Positions 1-8,613 of a stretch of DNA of 64,000 bases are shown here, piece after piece. The DNA lies in NCBI GenBank assembly GCA_963712745.1, contig CAVQJC010000017.1:160001-224000 (forward strand), read 5' to 3'. The notes below the pieces were generated by a model. It made no database searches, was not told the DNA's origin, and saw only the letters and a list, made by a program, of their open reading frames with translations. The position numbers and the translations under genes were made by a program. The DNA comes from an uncultured Chloroflexia bacterium (GTDB taxonomy: Bacteria > Chloroflexota > Limnocylindria > Limnocylindrales > CSP1-4). Position 1 is the first letter of the stretch. Each line of letters starts with the position of its first letter.

Positions 1-4
1 GCAC

Positions 5-442
5 ATGCGTGAAGAGGTACGAGTGGAGGCACCCGTCGAGCACGTCTGGAAGTTCTACTGCGACACATCGAACTGGCCTGACTTCATGCCACGGGCCAAG
101 TGTTCGGATTTCAGCGGGCCGCTGGACAAGGTCGGGACGACGTACGTCGGGGGCATGCGGCTGATGGGCTACGAGTTCAAGACGACCTACGAGATAGTCG
201 AGGTCGAGCCGCAGCGGCTCATCCACGAACACACCGACGACGGTCCCATGGACAACTACTGGCGGTTCGACTCCGACGGCGATGCGACCAAGGTCGTCAT
301 CGAGTCCGACTACGAGATGCCGGGCAAGGTGCCGGGCTTCATCAAGGACCTCATGAGCAAAGCCTGGATCGAGCGGAACATGCGCCAGTCGCTGGCCGAC
401 TTCAAGGCCCTCGCCGAGGCGAAGGTCCCGGCGCACGCCTAG
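5..442 (+). CDS. SRPBCC (polyketide cyclase/START-like) family protein
   Basis: 145 aa. Begins EEVRVEAPVEHVW..W and ends in helix SLADFKALAE, both typical of SRPBCC. Confidence 0.8.
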   Translation: MREEVRVEAPVEHVWKFYCDTSNWPDFMPRAKCSDFSGPLDKVGTTYVGGMRLMGYEFKTTYEIVEVEPQRLIHEHTDDGPMDNYWRFDSDGDATKVVIESDYEMPGKVPGFIKDLMSKAWIERNMRQSLADFKALAEAKVPAHA

Positions 443-556
443 CCTAGCCGCGGCTGCATGAGGCCCATCCATGAGGATGGGCCTCCCCTCGCACATGGGG
501 GCGCGCGAGCGCCCCCGCCGGGCTCAGTCTTCGAGGCCGGAGGCTCAGCGGCGATG

Positions 557-601
557 CCATGGCTGCGACGACCAGACATCGCCCTCAATGCGTGGCGGTT
601 C
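557..601 (+). repeat. Degenerate copy of cassette-boundary site R
   Basis: ccatggctgcgacgaccagacatcgccctcaatgcgtggcggttc aligns without gaps to the R consensus ccatggcggcgacgaccagacataacccgctattcatggcgattc. Confidence 0.7.
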
Positions 602-603
602 GG

Positions 604-765
604 CTACTCCTCCTCGAACAGGAACACGATCGTCTCGGCGATGGTCAGCCAGTCATCGGCGGGCGGGCCGCCTGTCGTGCTGCACCAGAGCCACGTCGAT
701 GACAGCACAGACGAAGTCGCCGTCGTACAGGTAGATCAGGGCGTCCGAAGTCGGCCCGCAGAGGG
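604..765 (-). pseudogene. 3' remnant of a family-A (PsbP-like) cassette gene
   Basis: Minus strand reads ..WLWCSTTGGPPADDWLTIAETIVFLFEEE*, matching the family C-terminus C..P.DDWLSIAETFEFLPAE. No start codon or N-terminus. Confidence 0.65.
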
Positions 766-770
766 TCTGG

Positions 771-1763
771 TCACTCGATCGGGATCGAGAGGGGGGCGCC
801 TTCCGCGTACAGCGTCGCCGCGAGGATCACCACCTCATCGTCGGTCGTGTTCGCCCCGAAGTGCTGAAGGTCTGGGTTCTCGACGATGCTGTCGCCGGTC
901 TTGAGCGTGTACGTGGCCGGGCCGACGGGTTCGCTGGAGCCATCTGCGTGGATGATCGTGCCCTCACCCGAGATGATCGTGTACTCGAGCGCTCCGCGGA
1001 CGATGCGTGCGATCTGCCAGCCGGCATGCGTGTGCGGGGCCAGCTCCGCGCCGGCAGGGATGCGGTACTGCCACAGCCCCAGCTCCTCACCCGGGGCCGA
1101 GCTCGGTCGTGCGAGTCCCAGATCGGTGCGGGTGATACCGACCTCCTCGATGGCGGGTCCACCGGTCTCCACGACGGCCACGCCGGGTTCCGCATCGGAT
1201 CTCTTGCTGCTCTTGTCCTTCGTGTCCTTCTTGTCGAGCTTGATCTTCTTGCCATCAGAGAAGTAGAGCGCGTGCACCCAACTGTCGTCTGCGAGGTGCT
1301 CTGTCACAGCCGAGCCCGTGGCGCCGTAGAACTTGCCCGATCCGCCCAGGATCGGCCGAGTCGTGACGTTGCCGGTGGCGATGGTGGGGCCCTGGGCCGG
1401 GTAGAGGGCGCTGCCACCGACCACGACCTGATCCACGTCGCCATCGCCGAACGAGAAGACGAGGGTGCTGATGCGGATCTCGTCGCCTTGCGCCGGCACA
1501 TCCACCGCGGTCGTCGTCAGTGTCGCGTCGAGGCGGCCGATCACCTGGCCGTCCTCAGCGGTCGTCTCGGTCGAGGTGACCCGGAGGTCCCCCAACTGGT
1601 GACCATCAGACGCGGCATTCGTGAGCGTGACGACGACCGCGTCGTGGTAGACAGAGAGCGATTCCTTCTCACGTGCCGCGCTCACCGGGGCGGCCAGGAC
1701 GACGAGCAGCAGTAGGCTGGTCAGGAGCGCGGTGAAGTACAGAGGCTGGAAACGGCTGTGCAC
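771..1763 (-). CDS. Secreted protein with dirigent/allene-oxide-cyclase-like beta-barrel and C-terminal cupin domain
   Basis: GTG start with GGAG upstream, signal peptide ending APVSA, RPILGGSGKFYGATG motif, cupin motifs PHTHAGWQ..G and ENPDLQHFGAN. Confidence 0.7.
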   Translation of the reverse strand: MHSRFQPLYFTALLTSLLLLVVLAAPVSAAREKESLSVYHDAVVVTLTNAASDGHQLGDLRVTSTETTAEDGQVIGRLDATLTTTAVDVPAQGDEIRISTLVFSFGDGDVDQVVVGGSALYPAQGPTIATGNVTTRPILGGSGKFYGATGSAVTEHLADDSWVHALYFSDGKKIKLDKKDTKDKSSKRSDAEPGVAVVETGGPAIEEVGITRTDLGLARPSSAPGEELGLWQYRIPAGAELAPHTHAGWQIARIVRGALEYTIISGEGTIIHADGSSEPVGPATYTLKTGDSIVENPDLQHFGANTTDDEVVILAATLYAEGAPLSIPIE

Positions 1764-1937
1764 TGGCTGATCTCCGAAGTCGGTTGGATGACGGAGTGGC
1801 AATCATCGGGCAGCGACGGCCAGCGGGCAAGTCGCCGGGATAGGCTCGGAGTCCCCCGACCCGATGCCTCCTCGGTCTTCACCCTCCTCTCACGACCCAG
1901 CGGGTCGAGTGCCCCGCACATCGCCGGGACCCGCCCC

Positions 1938-3617
1938 CTACGCCCTGGCCAGCTTCTTGTAGCGGATGCGGTGCGGCTGGTCGGCCGCTGTCCCCAACTC
2001 CTTGCGCCGGAAGGCCTCGTAGTCGCTCACGTTCCCCTCGAAGAAGCGCACTTGGGAATCGCCCTCGAAGGCGAGGATGTGGGTCGCGATCCGGTCGAGG
2101 AACCAGCGGTCGTGGGAGATGACCACGACGCAGCCCGGGAACGACTCCAGGCCGGCCTCGAGCGCTCGCAGCGTGTCCACGTCGAGGTCGTTGGTCGGTT
2201 CGTCGAGCAGCAGCACGTTGCCACCCGTCTGCAGCAGCTTGGCGAGGTGCACCCGGTTCCGCTCGCCACCCGACAGTTGGCCGACGAGCTTCTGCTGGTC
2301 GGTGCCACGGAAGTTGAACGATGAGACATAGGCGCGGGCCGGGACCTCGCGTGCCCCGGTCTTGATGAACTCGGCACCCTGGGTGATCTCCCCGAATACC
2401 GTCTTGTCGGCGGCCAGGTCGTCGCGCTCCTGGTCGACATAGCTCAGCGCGACGGTGTCACCGATCGCGATCGACCCGGCGTCGGGTGCCTCCTGCCCGA
2501 CGAGCATCCGGAACAGCGTCGTCTTGCCGGCGCCGTTGGGTCCGATGATCCCGACGATGCCGGCCCGCGGCAGCGAGAACGTCAGGTCCTCGATGAGCAG
2601 CTTCTCGCGGTAGCCCTTGCGCAGGCCGGCGACATCGATGACCTTGTCACCGAGCCGCGGCCCCGGGGGGATGGCGATCTCGAGCTCGCGGGCGCTGGCC
2701 TTGTCGTCGTTCGCCTCGGCCAGGAGTCGCTCGTAGGCTGACAGTCGAGCCTTGCCCTTGGCCTGACGCGCCTTCGCACCCATGCGCACCCATTCGAGCT
2801 CGCGCGCGAGCGTCCGCTGCCGGGCATCGACCTGCTTCTGCTCGGTCGCCAGCCGCGCGAGCTTCTGCTCGAGCCAGCTCGAGTAGTTGCCACTGAACGG
2901 GATGCCGCGGCCCCGGTCGAGCTCAAGGATCCACTTGGCCACGTTGTCGAGGAAGTATCGATCATGGGTGATGGCGACGACGGTACCGGCGTATTCGGAC
3001 AGGAAGCGCTCCAGCCATTCGACCGACTCGGCATCGAGGTGGTTCGTCGGTTCGTCGAGCAGCAGCAGGTCCGGGTGGCGCATGAGCAGTCGTGCGAGCG
3101 CCACGCGGCGCTTCTCGCCGCCGGAGAGCGTCCTGACGTCGGCGTCGTCGGGCGGGCAACGGAGCGCGTCCATCGCGATGTCGACGTTGCGCTCGAGGTT
3201 CCACGCGTCCGCGGCTTCGATGCGGTCCTCGAGGACCGCCTGCTCGGCGCCGATCGCGTCGTAGTCGGCGTCGGGATCGGACCAGCGGGCCATGACCGCG
3301 TTGTACTGGTCGATGAGCGACTGGACCTCGCGGACGCCGTCGAGCACGTTGCCCTTGACGTCCTTCGCGGAGTCGAGCCCGGGCTCCTGCTCGAGGTATC
3401 CGACGGTGAAGCCCGGGGTCAGCCGAGCCTCGCCGTTGTAGCCGTCGTCGAGCCCGGCCATGATCTTGAGCAGGCTCGACTTGCCGGCGCCGTTGGGCCC
3501 GATGACCCCGATCTTGGCGCCGGGATAGAAGGACAGCGAGATGTCCTCCAGCACGGTCCGGTCGGGCGGATAGTGCCGGGCGAGCTTGTACGCGGTGTAG
3601 ATGAATTCGGCTGGCAT
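1938..3617 (-). CDS. ettA: Energy-dependent translational throttle ABC-F protein
   Basis: 559 aa with two ABC domains. N-terminus DISLSFYPGAKIGVIG and C-terminus QPHRIRYKKL are characteristic. Confidence 0.95.
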   Translation of the reverse strand: MPAEFIYTAYKLARHYPPDRTVLEDISLSFYPGAKIGVIGPNGAGKSSLLKIMAGLDDGYNGEARLTPGFTVGYLEQEPGLDSAKDVKGNVLDGVREVQSLIDQYNAVMARWSDPDADYDAIGAEQAVLEDRIEAADAWNLERNVDIAMDALRCPPDDADVRTLSGGEKRRVALARLLMRHPDLLLLDEPTNHLDAESVEWLERFLSEYAGTVVAITHDRYFLDNVAKWILELDRGRGIPFSGNYSSWLEQKLARLATEQKQVDARQRTLARELEWVRMGAKARQAKGKARLSAYERLLAEANDDKASARELEIAIPPGPRLGDKVIDVAGLRKGYREKLLIEDLTFSLPRAGIVGIIGPNGAGKTTLFRMLVGQEAPDAGSIAIGDTVALSYVDQERDDLAADKTVFGEITQGAEFIKTGAREVPARAYVSSFNFRGTDQQKLVGQLSGGERNRVHLAKLLQTGGNVLLLDEPTNDLDVDTLRALEAGLESFPGCVVVISHDRWFLDRIATHILAFEGDSQVRFFEGNVSDYEAFRRKELGTAADQPHRIRYKKLARA

Positions 3618-3699
3618 GAGGCTAGGGTAGCGACCCTCCGCGGGGCAGCGCCTCGGGCTCGGTCGACACGGACCGTGCGCGTCCTCAGCCCGCCTGGCT

Positions 3700-3801
3700 C
3701 ATCCTCCGCGCCCCGGCCATCGGGTCAAGCGCCGGACGGACCTGGGTCCCGCCTGGCCATGGCGGCGACGACCAGACCAAACCCGCTATTCATTATGTTT
3801 G
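3700..3801 (+). repeat. L + R repeat (R right arm divergent: tcattatgttt)
   Basis: catcctccgcgccccggccatcgggtcaagcgccggacgg ... ccatggcggcgacgaccagaccaaacccgctattcat. Confidence 0.9.
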
Positions 3802-3840
3802 CTGAAGCCAGCCGACCCCTGTGCTAGTCCTCGCTCGCGC

Positions 3841-4500
3841 CTACCCCTCGACGGGCAGGAACTCGAAGGTCTCGGCGATGGAGAGCCAGTCGGGGTTGGG
3901 AGCCTCCTCGCCACCACACGTGATGCCGTAGATCGTCGAGTCGTCCTGCAGCAGGAACTGCGTGCCCGCGAACGGTGTGGGTCAGTCTGGATCGACGAAG
4001 GTGTGATCGATGCGAACCGCCTCGCCCGCTGGAAGCGTCACGACGGTAACCGTCGCGCCGCCAGGGTATCGATCGTCGGCCTGGAGGCGGGCGACGTGCT
4101 CTGCCACCAGTGAGTCGAGTGGGACGATCGCAGCCATGACCTCGACCCCGCAGTAGCCTGGGACTTCCTGGGGGCCCACGTACGGCATCGCCAGGACGGG
4201 TGACTCCTCGCTGACGGCCTCGTAGAGCCAGCTGAGATCAGCGGCATAGGTCGAGTCGGTCACGTTGCTGAGCATCTCGCCTAGCGAGCCGGCATCGAGC
4301 CCAGACCGGCGGACCCAAGCCCAATCATCGGGAAACGCCAGCGCGAAGCCAGCACCGGGCACCTCCACTCGACCACCCAGGCCAACCGGTCCGGGCGACG
4401 GTTCCCGTGCCACCACCCCAGTCCCTAGTACTAGGACCAGCAGCCCTGCCAGCAGTCCGACTCGCTTGCCCACCACGTCCCCCATCCTGCTTGTCGTCAC
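3841..4500 (-). pseudogene. Family-A secreted PsbP-like protein interrupted by an in-frame TGA at 3982-3984
   Basis: Frame continues past the TGA as PTPFAGTQFLLQDDSTIYGITCGGEEAPNPDWLSIAETFEFLPVEG*. Signal peptide and GFALAFPDDW motif present. Confidence 0.8.
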
Positions 4501-4548
4501 ATCCTCTGCACCCCGCTCAGCGGGTCAAGGGCCGGACGGCCCGGCGGC
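4500..4548 (+). repeat. L repeat only (minus-strand promoter)
   Basis: catcctctgcaccccgctcagcgggtcaagggccggacggcccggcggc. Confidence 0.9.
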
Positions 4549-4568
4549 GTGACGGAGCTGGAGCGCGA

Positions 4569-4866
4569 TCAGTCCGGATCGAACGAAGCGGCGAGCGTCT
4601 GGAGCGCGGTTACCGCATCAGGGGCGTTGGAGGCCCGCCGATCACCGGACGGCCCCGAGGCCACGGCCTGCCACTCGCCGGATGGACGATCTCCCGAGCC
4701 ATCGGACGAGACGTAGTGCACGCCGGAACAGCACCCACCCATCAGGCAGCCGGTCCTCTGTTGCCAGCCAGGCGCTCGTCAGCCGATCGGGAACGGTCCC
4801 GTCTCGTCGGACCGTGGTCTGGCCGAACGCCGTCGCGACCGTCGCCAACTTCGCCCATACCATCAC
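4569..4866 (-). pseudogene. Small hypothetical cassette gene with a 1-nt frameshift near 4726
   Basis: MVWAKLATV..AWLATEDRLPDGWVL joins in another frame to SGVHYVSSDG..GEWQAVASGPSG..ALQTLAASFDPD*. Lies downstream of an L promoter. Confidence 0.5.
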
Positions 4867-4908
4867 GTCACCCCTGCCCGAGCGACCGGCACTCCCGGTC
4901 AGTACTCC

Positions 4909-5010
4909 CATAGTCCGCGCCTCGGTCAGCGGGTCAAGGGCCGGACGGCCCGGCGGCATGCGTGGCCATGGCGGCGACGACGAGACCAAACCCGCTATAC
5001 ATGGCGATTC
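4909..5010 (+). repeat. L + R repeat
   Basis: ..tcagcgggtcaagggccggacggcccggcggc..ccatggcggcgacgacgagaccaaacccgctatacatggcgattc. Confidence 0.92.
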
Positions 5011-5058
5011 CGTGCGGCCCACTGGAGCTTCGTGGACGCCCGCGAGAGAATCGTCGTA

Positions 5059-5131
5059 GCGGGAGGCAATGACGCGCGGCCCCAGCCCTGGCCGCCTGGA
5101 CCGTGCCGAGTCACTGGCGGACCCGACCCGC
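5059..5131 (+). ncRNA. c-di-GMP-II-like riboswitch aptamer (copy 1)
   Basis: GCGGG-AGGCAATGA-CGCGCGG..TGGCCGCCTG-GACCGTGCC-GAG-TCACTGGCGG-ACCCGA-CCCGC follows the class II layout (GGAAACAAUGA..UGGGCACUUG..GAGUUAGUAGUGCAACCGACC). Pairings GCGGG/CCCGC, CCGCC/GGCGG and GCGCGG/CCGTGC. Lies just 5' of the GAGGGGG RBS. Confidence 0.72.
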
Positions 5132-5149
5132 GCTTGTGAGGGGGATGTC

Positions 5150-6031
5150 ATGCGTACGTTGCGGCTGTCCCTGGTCGGGACGGTCATCGTGATGCTGCTC
5201 GGCGGGCTGGGCAGCACGGTGCTCGCGCACGATGAGATGCCTGGCGTCGGCGTCGAGGTCTTGGGCGACCTCGGCGCCATCCCAGGCGAGGCCATCCCCG
5301 AGGACGCCGTCCGTGTCGCGTTCGCTCGGACTAGCATCGAGCCGGGCGTGACCGGCGAGGTCGGCTCGGCCCAGCCCCATGAATGGGCCAGCCTGGAATG
5401 CGTCCAGCACGGTTCGCTCACGTTCACGGACAGCGACCGGACAGTGATCTGGCGGGTGGGCGAAACGACCGAGGACCTCCCCGCTGGGACGACCGCCAGC
5501 GTGAACACCGGGGATCTCGTGCTCTTCTATGACGGCGGGGCCGGGAGGAGTTTCGCGAACGCGGGGCCCGAGACGTACGTGACGTACTCCGTGGCGGTCG
5601 GCGACAGTGATGACCCGGCGGAGCCACCGGTCCTGCCCCCCGGCGTCTCCTGGCGGCTCCTCGTCTTCGACGTGCTGGCACCCGAGACCGTGGATCTCTG
5701 GTTCACGACACCGGTCGCGGTGGCGTTCGAGCGACTCGCGTTCTACCCCGGCGGCCAGCTCGTGCTTGGGTCTGACGAGGCCGGGTTGCTGCGCCTCCTG
5801 GCGCTCGAAGAAGGTCGCCTGGAGAGCGGCTTCGCGGCCCCATCCGAGGTCGCCGGGGCGCTGACCGACTCGGTCAGGTTCATCGCGCCCGACGCCGACA
5901 TTCTCACGTCGGGATCATTCGCGGACGACACGGTCTACGTGATCCGAAACGAGTCGGACGAGCCTGCGATTGTCCTGAGCGCCACGCTGACGCATGTTGA
6001 TGGGACCACGGAGGCCAAGCCCGCCGAGTAA
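5150..6031 (+). CDS. Secreted tandem cupin-like protein (cassette)
   Basis: ATG after GAGGGGG, signal peptide MRTLRLSLVGTVIVMLLGGL, two degenerate cupin repeats (V.HGSLT..GD..FAN.G and LEEGRLE..IRNESDEPA). Ends in PAE*. Confidence 0.7.
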   Translation: MRTLRLSLVGTVIVMLLGGLGSTVLAHDEMPGVGVEVLGDLGAIPGEAIPEDAVRVAFARTSIEPGVTGEVGSAQPHEWASLECVQHGSLTFTDSDRTVIWRVGETTEDLPAGTTASVNTGDLVLFYDGGAGRSFANAGPETYVTYSVAVGDSDDPAEPPVLPPGVSWRLLVFDVLAPETVDLWFTTPVAVAFERLAFYPGGQLVLGSDEAGLLRLLALEEGRLESGFAAPSEVAGALTDSVRFIAPDADILTSGSFADDTVYVIRNESDEPAIVLSATLTHVDGTTEAKPAE

Positions 6032-6034
6032 CCC

Positions 6035-6106
6035 CATCGCGCCGCCTCGGCTGCCTGCCGCCCTGCCCCATCCTCCGCGCCCCGCTCAGCCGGTCAAGGG
6101 CCGGAC
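6035..6106 (+). repeat. L' tail followed directly by an orphan L repeat
   Basis: catcgcgccgcctcggctgcctgc (6035-6058), then catcctccgcgccccgctcagccggtcaagggccggac (6069-6106). Confidence 0.85.
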
Positions 6107-6201
6107 TGACTGGTGGCATGGGTGGCGGCAGGCTACCCGGCATCACGTGGTCCCTTCGGCACTGTCGGTCCGAGTGGACACCTCGGTATCGTCGAGCCGC
6201 C

Positions 6202-6516
6202 ATGGCGGACCCGCTGGAGCCTGACACGCGGCCGGACGAGCCGCACATCACAAACCCATCGATGCGCGAGGCGGAAGAGCCGGACCTAGCGCGCGTGGCC
6301 GAGGAGTGGAGGCGAGAGACACGCCAAGCGAAGGACCAGCGGAACGCCGAAACCGAGGAGTGGCTGAAGGCGTTCGAGGCCAAGCATGAGAACCCGAGGG
6401 ACACCTTCCTCGGGCTGCTACTGCATGGTTGCTGTTGGTGGTCCCTCATGAGAATGGCGTGCGCCACCCTGCTGGTCGTGTTCGTCGCAGCTTGGGCCCG
6501 GCGTGCGAGGGGGTAG
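6202..6516 (+). CDS. Hypothetical protein with C-terminal membrane anchor (cassette)
   Basis: ATG 9 nt after TATCGT. Acidic helical N-terminus and hydrophobic C-terminus, followed by L'+R. Confidence 0.55.
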   Translation: MADPLEPDTRPDEPHITNPSMREAEEPDLARVAEEWRRETRQAKDQRNAETEEWLKAFEAKHENPRDTFLGLLLHGCCWWSLMRMACATLLVVFVAAWARRARG

Positions 6517-6521
6517 CACCT

Positions 6522-6591
6522 CATCGCGCCGCCTCGGCTACCTGCGCCATGGCGGCGATGACCAGACATAACCCGCTATTCATGGCGATTC
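6522..6591 (+). repeat. L' + R repeat
   Basis: catcgcgccgcctcggctacctgcg-ccatggcggcgatgaccagacataacccgctattcatggcgattc. Confidence 0.92.
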
Positions 6592-6609
6592 TGGAGTAGT
6601 GGTCAGTGG

Positions 6610-7791
6610 CTAGCCCGCCTCGGCGGGCAGGAACTCGAACGAGTCGGCGATGGAGAGCCAGCGGTCGTCGAAGCCGTGGTAGCCAAAGCAGCCAATCAGA
6701 GCTTCGGGGCCGTCGGTAGCGAGAGCGGTCTCGAAATCGATCAAGAACGTCGAGTTGTACGTCGCCCTGCCGGTGTCCGCTCGGGTGACGTAGTCGATGC
6801 GGTGAGACGGGCCGGCCGGCAGCATCAGCTCCGACACGGTCGGCCCCTCGGCCAGCCCAGGGTCGCCTCTCGCGTGATCGAGTGCGCCGGCGAGGACGTC
6901 ATCGAGCGAGCTGCCGACGGGCAGATCCGTGGATTGGACCAGGCACGTCGTGGCCGGCCACCCATCGGGCTCGACCGGTCCGAACACCAGGGCGTGGAAC
7001 GCGTACCCCTGGTCCGACAGCGCGCTCAGTTGCTCCAGCATCGTCGCGGTCGTATCGACCCAGCGCGGATGTGTCTGACGGACGAGGTCAAGGTTCTCCT
7101 CCGCGCTTGCCTCGTTCGGGTCAAGGATGACCCAGTCGTCCGGAAAGGTCAGTGCAAATCCTGGAGCGATAGCCTCCAGGCGACCGCCCATGCCGGCCGT
7201 GTCGCGGGGGCGGAGCCACTCGAGTGACTCGGCGATAGCGCGCCACCTATCCGGGGTCGGATGCGGACCTTCACACGTGAGGATGACGCTCCAGGCATCA
7301 CCGCCGATCATGAAGCCCTCGCGGTAGAGCGCCACCTCGTCCGTGTCTGGCGGCACGACCTGCCATCGATAAGTGACGGCGGGGCCGGCCGGGAGCTCGG
7401 TCTGCGAAATGCCCTCGTACGCATGGACACTGGGCTCTGCCCTGATGGCCGCATCCAGCCCTCCGTAGAACCCCGGGTCGAGGACCTCTTCTCCGTCCCA
7501 CGGGACCACGTCCAGATCGCAAGCGTCGCCCGATGGCGACATCAGGAAGAGTTCTGACTCAGTCTCCTCATCGAGCAGGCCGACCTGCGCGCCGGCGGCC
7601 TGCAACTGGGCGTCGAGTTCCACGGTGAGGTCGAAGGCGATCCAATCGGTCGGGATCGATACGGCGATGCCGTGCCTGGGCATCTCCACGCGCCCACCGA
7701 ACCACGGTGGAGGCTGCGACTCTGACGCCACCACCCCAGACCCCAACGACAGAACCATCAGTAGCGCCAGCAACCCGACTCGCCTGCCCAT
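6610..7791 (-). CDS. Family-A secreted protein with two PsbP-like domains (cassette)
   Basis: Signal peptide, then twice GGR(V/L)E..G(I/F)A..P.DW..C..LPAGP..C..DRW.(A/S)IA.S.E.L. Confidence 0.8.
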   Translation of the reverse strand: MGRRVGLLALLMVLSLGSGVVASESQPPPWFGGRVEMPRHGIAVSIPTDWIAFDLTVELDAQLQAAGAQVGLLDEETESELFLMSPSGDACDLDVVPWDGEEVLDPGFYGGLDAAIRAEPSVHAYEGISQTELPAGPAVTYRWQVVPPDTDEVALYREGFMIGGDAWSVILTCEGPHPTPDRWRAIAESLEWLRPRDTAGMGGRLEAIAPGFALTFPDDWVILDPNEASAEENLDLVRQTHPRWVDTTATMLEQLSALSDQGYAFHALVFGPVEPDGWPATTCLVQSTDLPVGSSLDDVLAGALDHARGDPGLAEGPTVSELMLPAGPSHRIDYVTRADTGRATYNSTFLIDFETALATDGPEALIGCFGYHGFDDRWLSIADSFEFLPAEAG

Positions 7792-7799
7792 AACGTCTC

Positions 7800-7892
7800 C
7801 ATCCTCCGCGCCCCGCGCCGCGGGTCAAGGGCCGGACGGCCCGACGGCCATGGCGGCGACGACCAGACCAAACCCGCTATTCATGGCGATTT
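7800..7892 (+). repeat. L + R repeat
   Basis: catcctccgcgccccgcgccgcgggtcaagggccggacggcccgacgg-ccatggcggcgacgaccagaccaaacccgctattcatggcgattt. Confidence 0.92.
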
Positions 7893-7960
7893 CGGAGTCG
7901 CGTTCGCGCCAGCGTGCTGACTGCGTTGGTGACCCCTCACGCTTGGCCTGATGCCCGCGC

Positions 7961-8350
7961 TCAGCGGTAGCCGAGGACGAGCGTTAAGAACAACAACAGG
8001 ATGACGAAGAAGCTCACGGCGGCGAGGACGAAGCTCACGAGACCGACGATCAACCACGCCCCGAGGCCATGGAGCCCCATTCGACGACCGGTCCCGAGGA
8101 TCACCAGCGGGACCAGGATCAGCCCAAGTAGCCCCAACCCGAGCCCGAGGTCGATACCTGCCGCTGAGTCCACCACGGCACCGACTCCGGAGAGCAGGAA
8201 CCAGGCGCCGATGAGCGTAGCCGTGGCCAGGACAGTGGTCGCCGATGCTGCCTTGGAGCGGTCCCGGAGCGCGTTGTACAGCCCCTCGCCCACCCAGCCG
8301 TACAGCCTCAAGTCATCACTCACGGCACCGCTCCCCGCGATGGTCTGCAT
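7961..8350 (-). CDS. Small multi-pass membrane protein (cassette)
   Basis: Three hydrophobic segments, downstream of an L promoter. Start may be 8350 or 8323. Confidence 0.6.
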   Translation of the reverse strand: MQTIAGSGAVSDDLRLYGWVGEGLYNALRDRSKAASATTVLATATLIGAWFLLSGVGAVVDSAAGIDLGLGLGLLGLILVPLVILGTGRRMGLHGLGAWLIVGLVSFVLAAVSFFVILLLFLTLVLGYR

Positions 8351-8380
8351 CGCGATCAGGTTTGTGCCCGACCATCCGCC

Positions 8381-8474
8381 CATCCTCCGCGCACCGGCCA
8401 GTGGGTCAAGGGCCGGACGGCATGCATCGCCATGGCGGCGACGATCAGACATAATCAGCTGTACATGGCGATTC
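8381..8474 (+). repeat. L + R repeat (spacer variant tcagctgt)
   Basis: catcctccgcgcaccggccagtgggtcaagggccggacgg..ccatggcggcgacgatcagacataatcagctgtacatggcgattc. Confidence 0.9.
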
Positions 8475-8523
8475 TCGATTGGCGCTCGAGAGCCGATGGA
8501 CGCCCGCGAGAGAATCGCAGGTA

Positions 8524-8593
8524 GCGGGAGGCGATGAGACGCGGCCGAGCAATGTCCGCCTGGACCGCCCGAGCCACTGGCCAACCCGGCCCG
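8524..8593 (+). ncRNA. c-di-GMP-II-like riboswitch aptamer (copy 2, diverged)
   Basis: gcgggaggcgatgagacgcggcc..tgtccgcctggaccgcccgagccactggccaacccggcccg, homologous to 5059-5131. Confidence 0.6.
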
Positions 8594-8613
8594 AGGATGA
8601 GAGGGGGGACTTC

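Noticed and set aside
3982-3984. In-frame TGA as selenocysteine, given the Se-linked genes nearby
   Set aside because: It does not align with the family's conserved Cys and no convincing SECIS follows. A nonsense change or sequencing error is simpler.
4985-5063. R plus downstream gaatcgtcgtagcggg as a complete attC hairpin
   Set aside because: The complementary stretch occurs only after copies that precede plus-strand leaders. It lacks a GTTRRRY R' box and is explained by the -10 hexamer and the riboswitch P1 strand.
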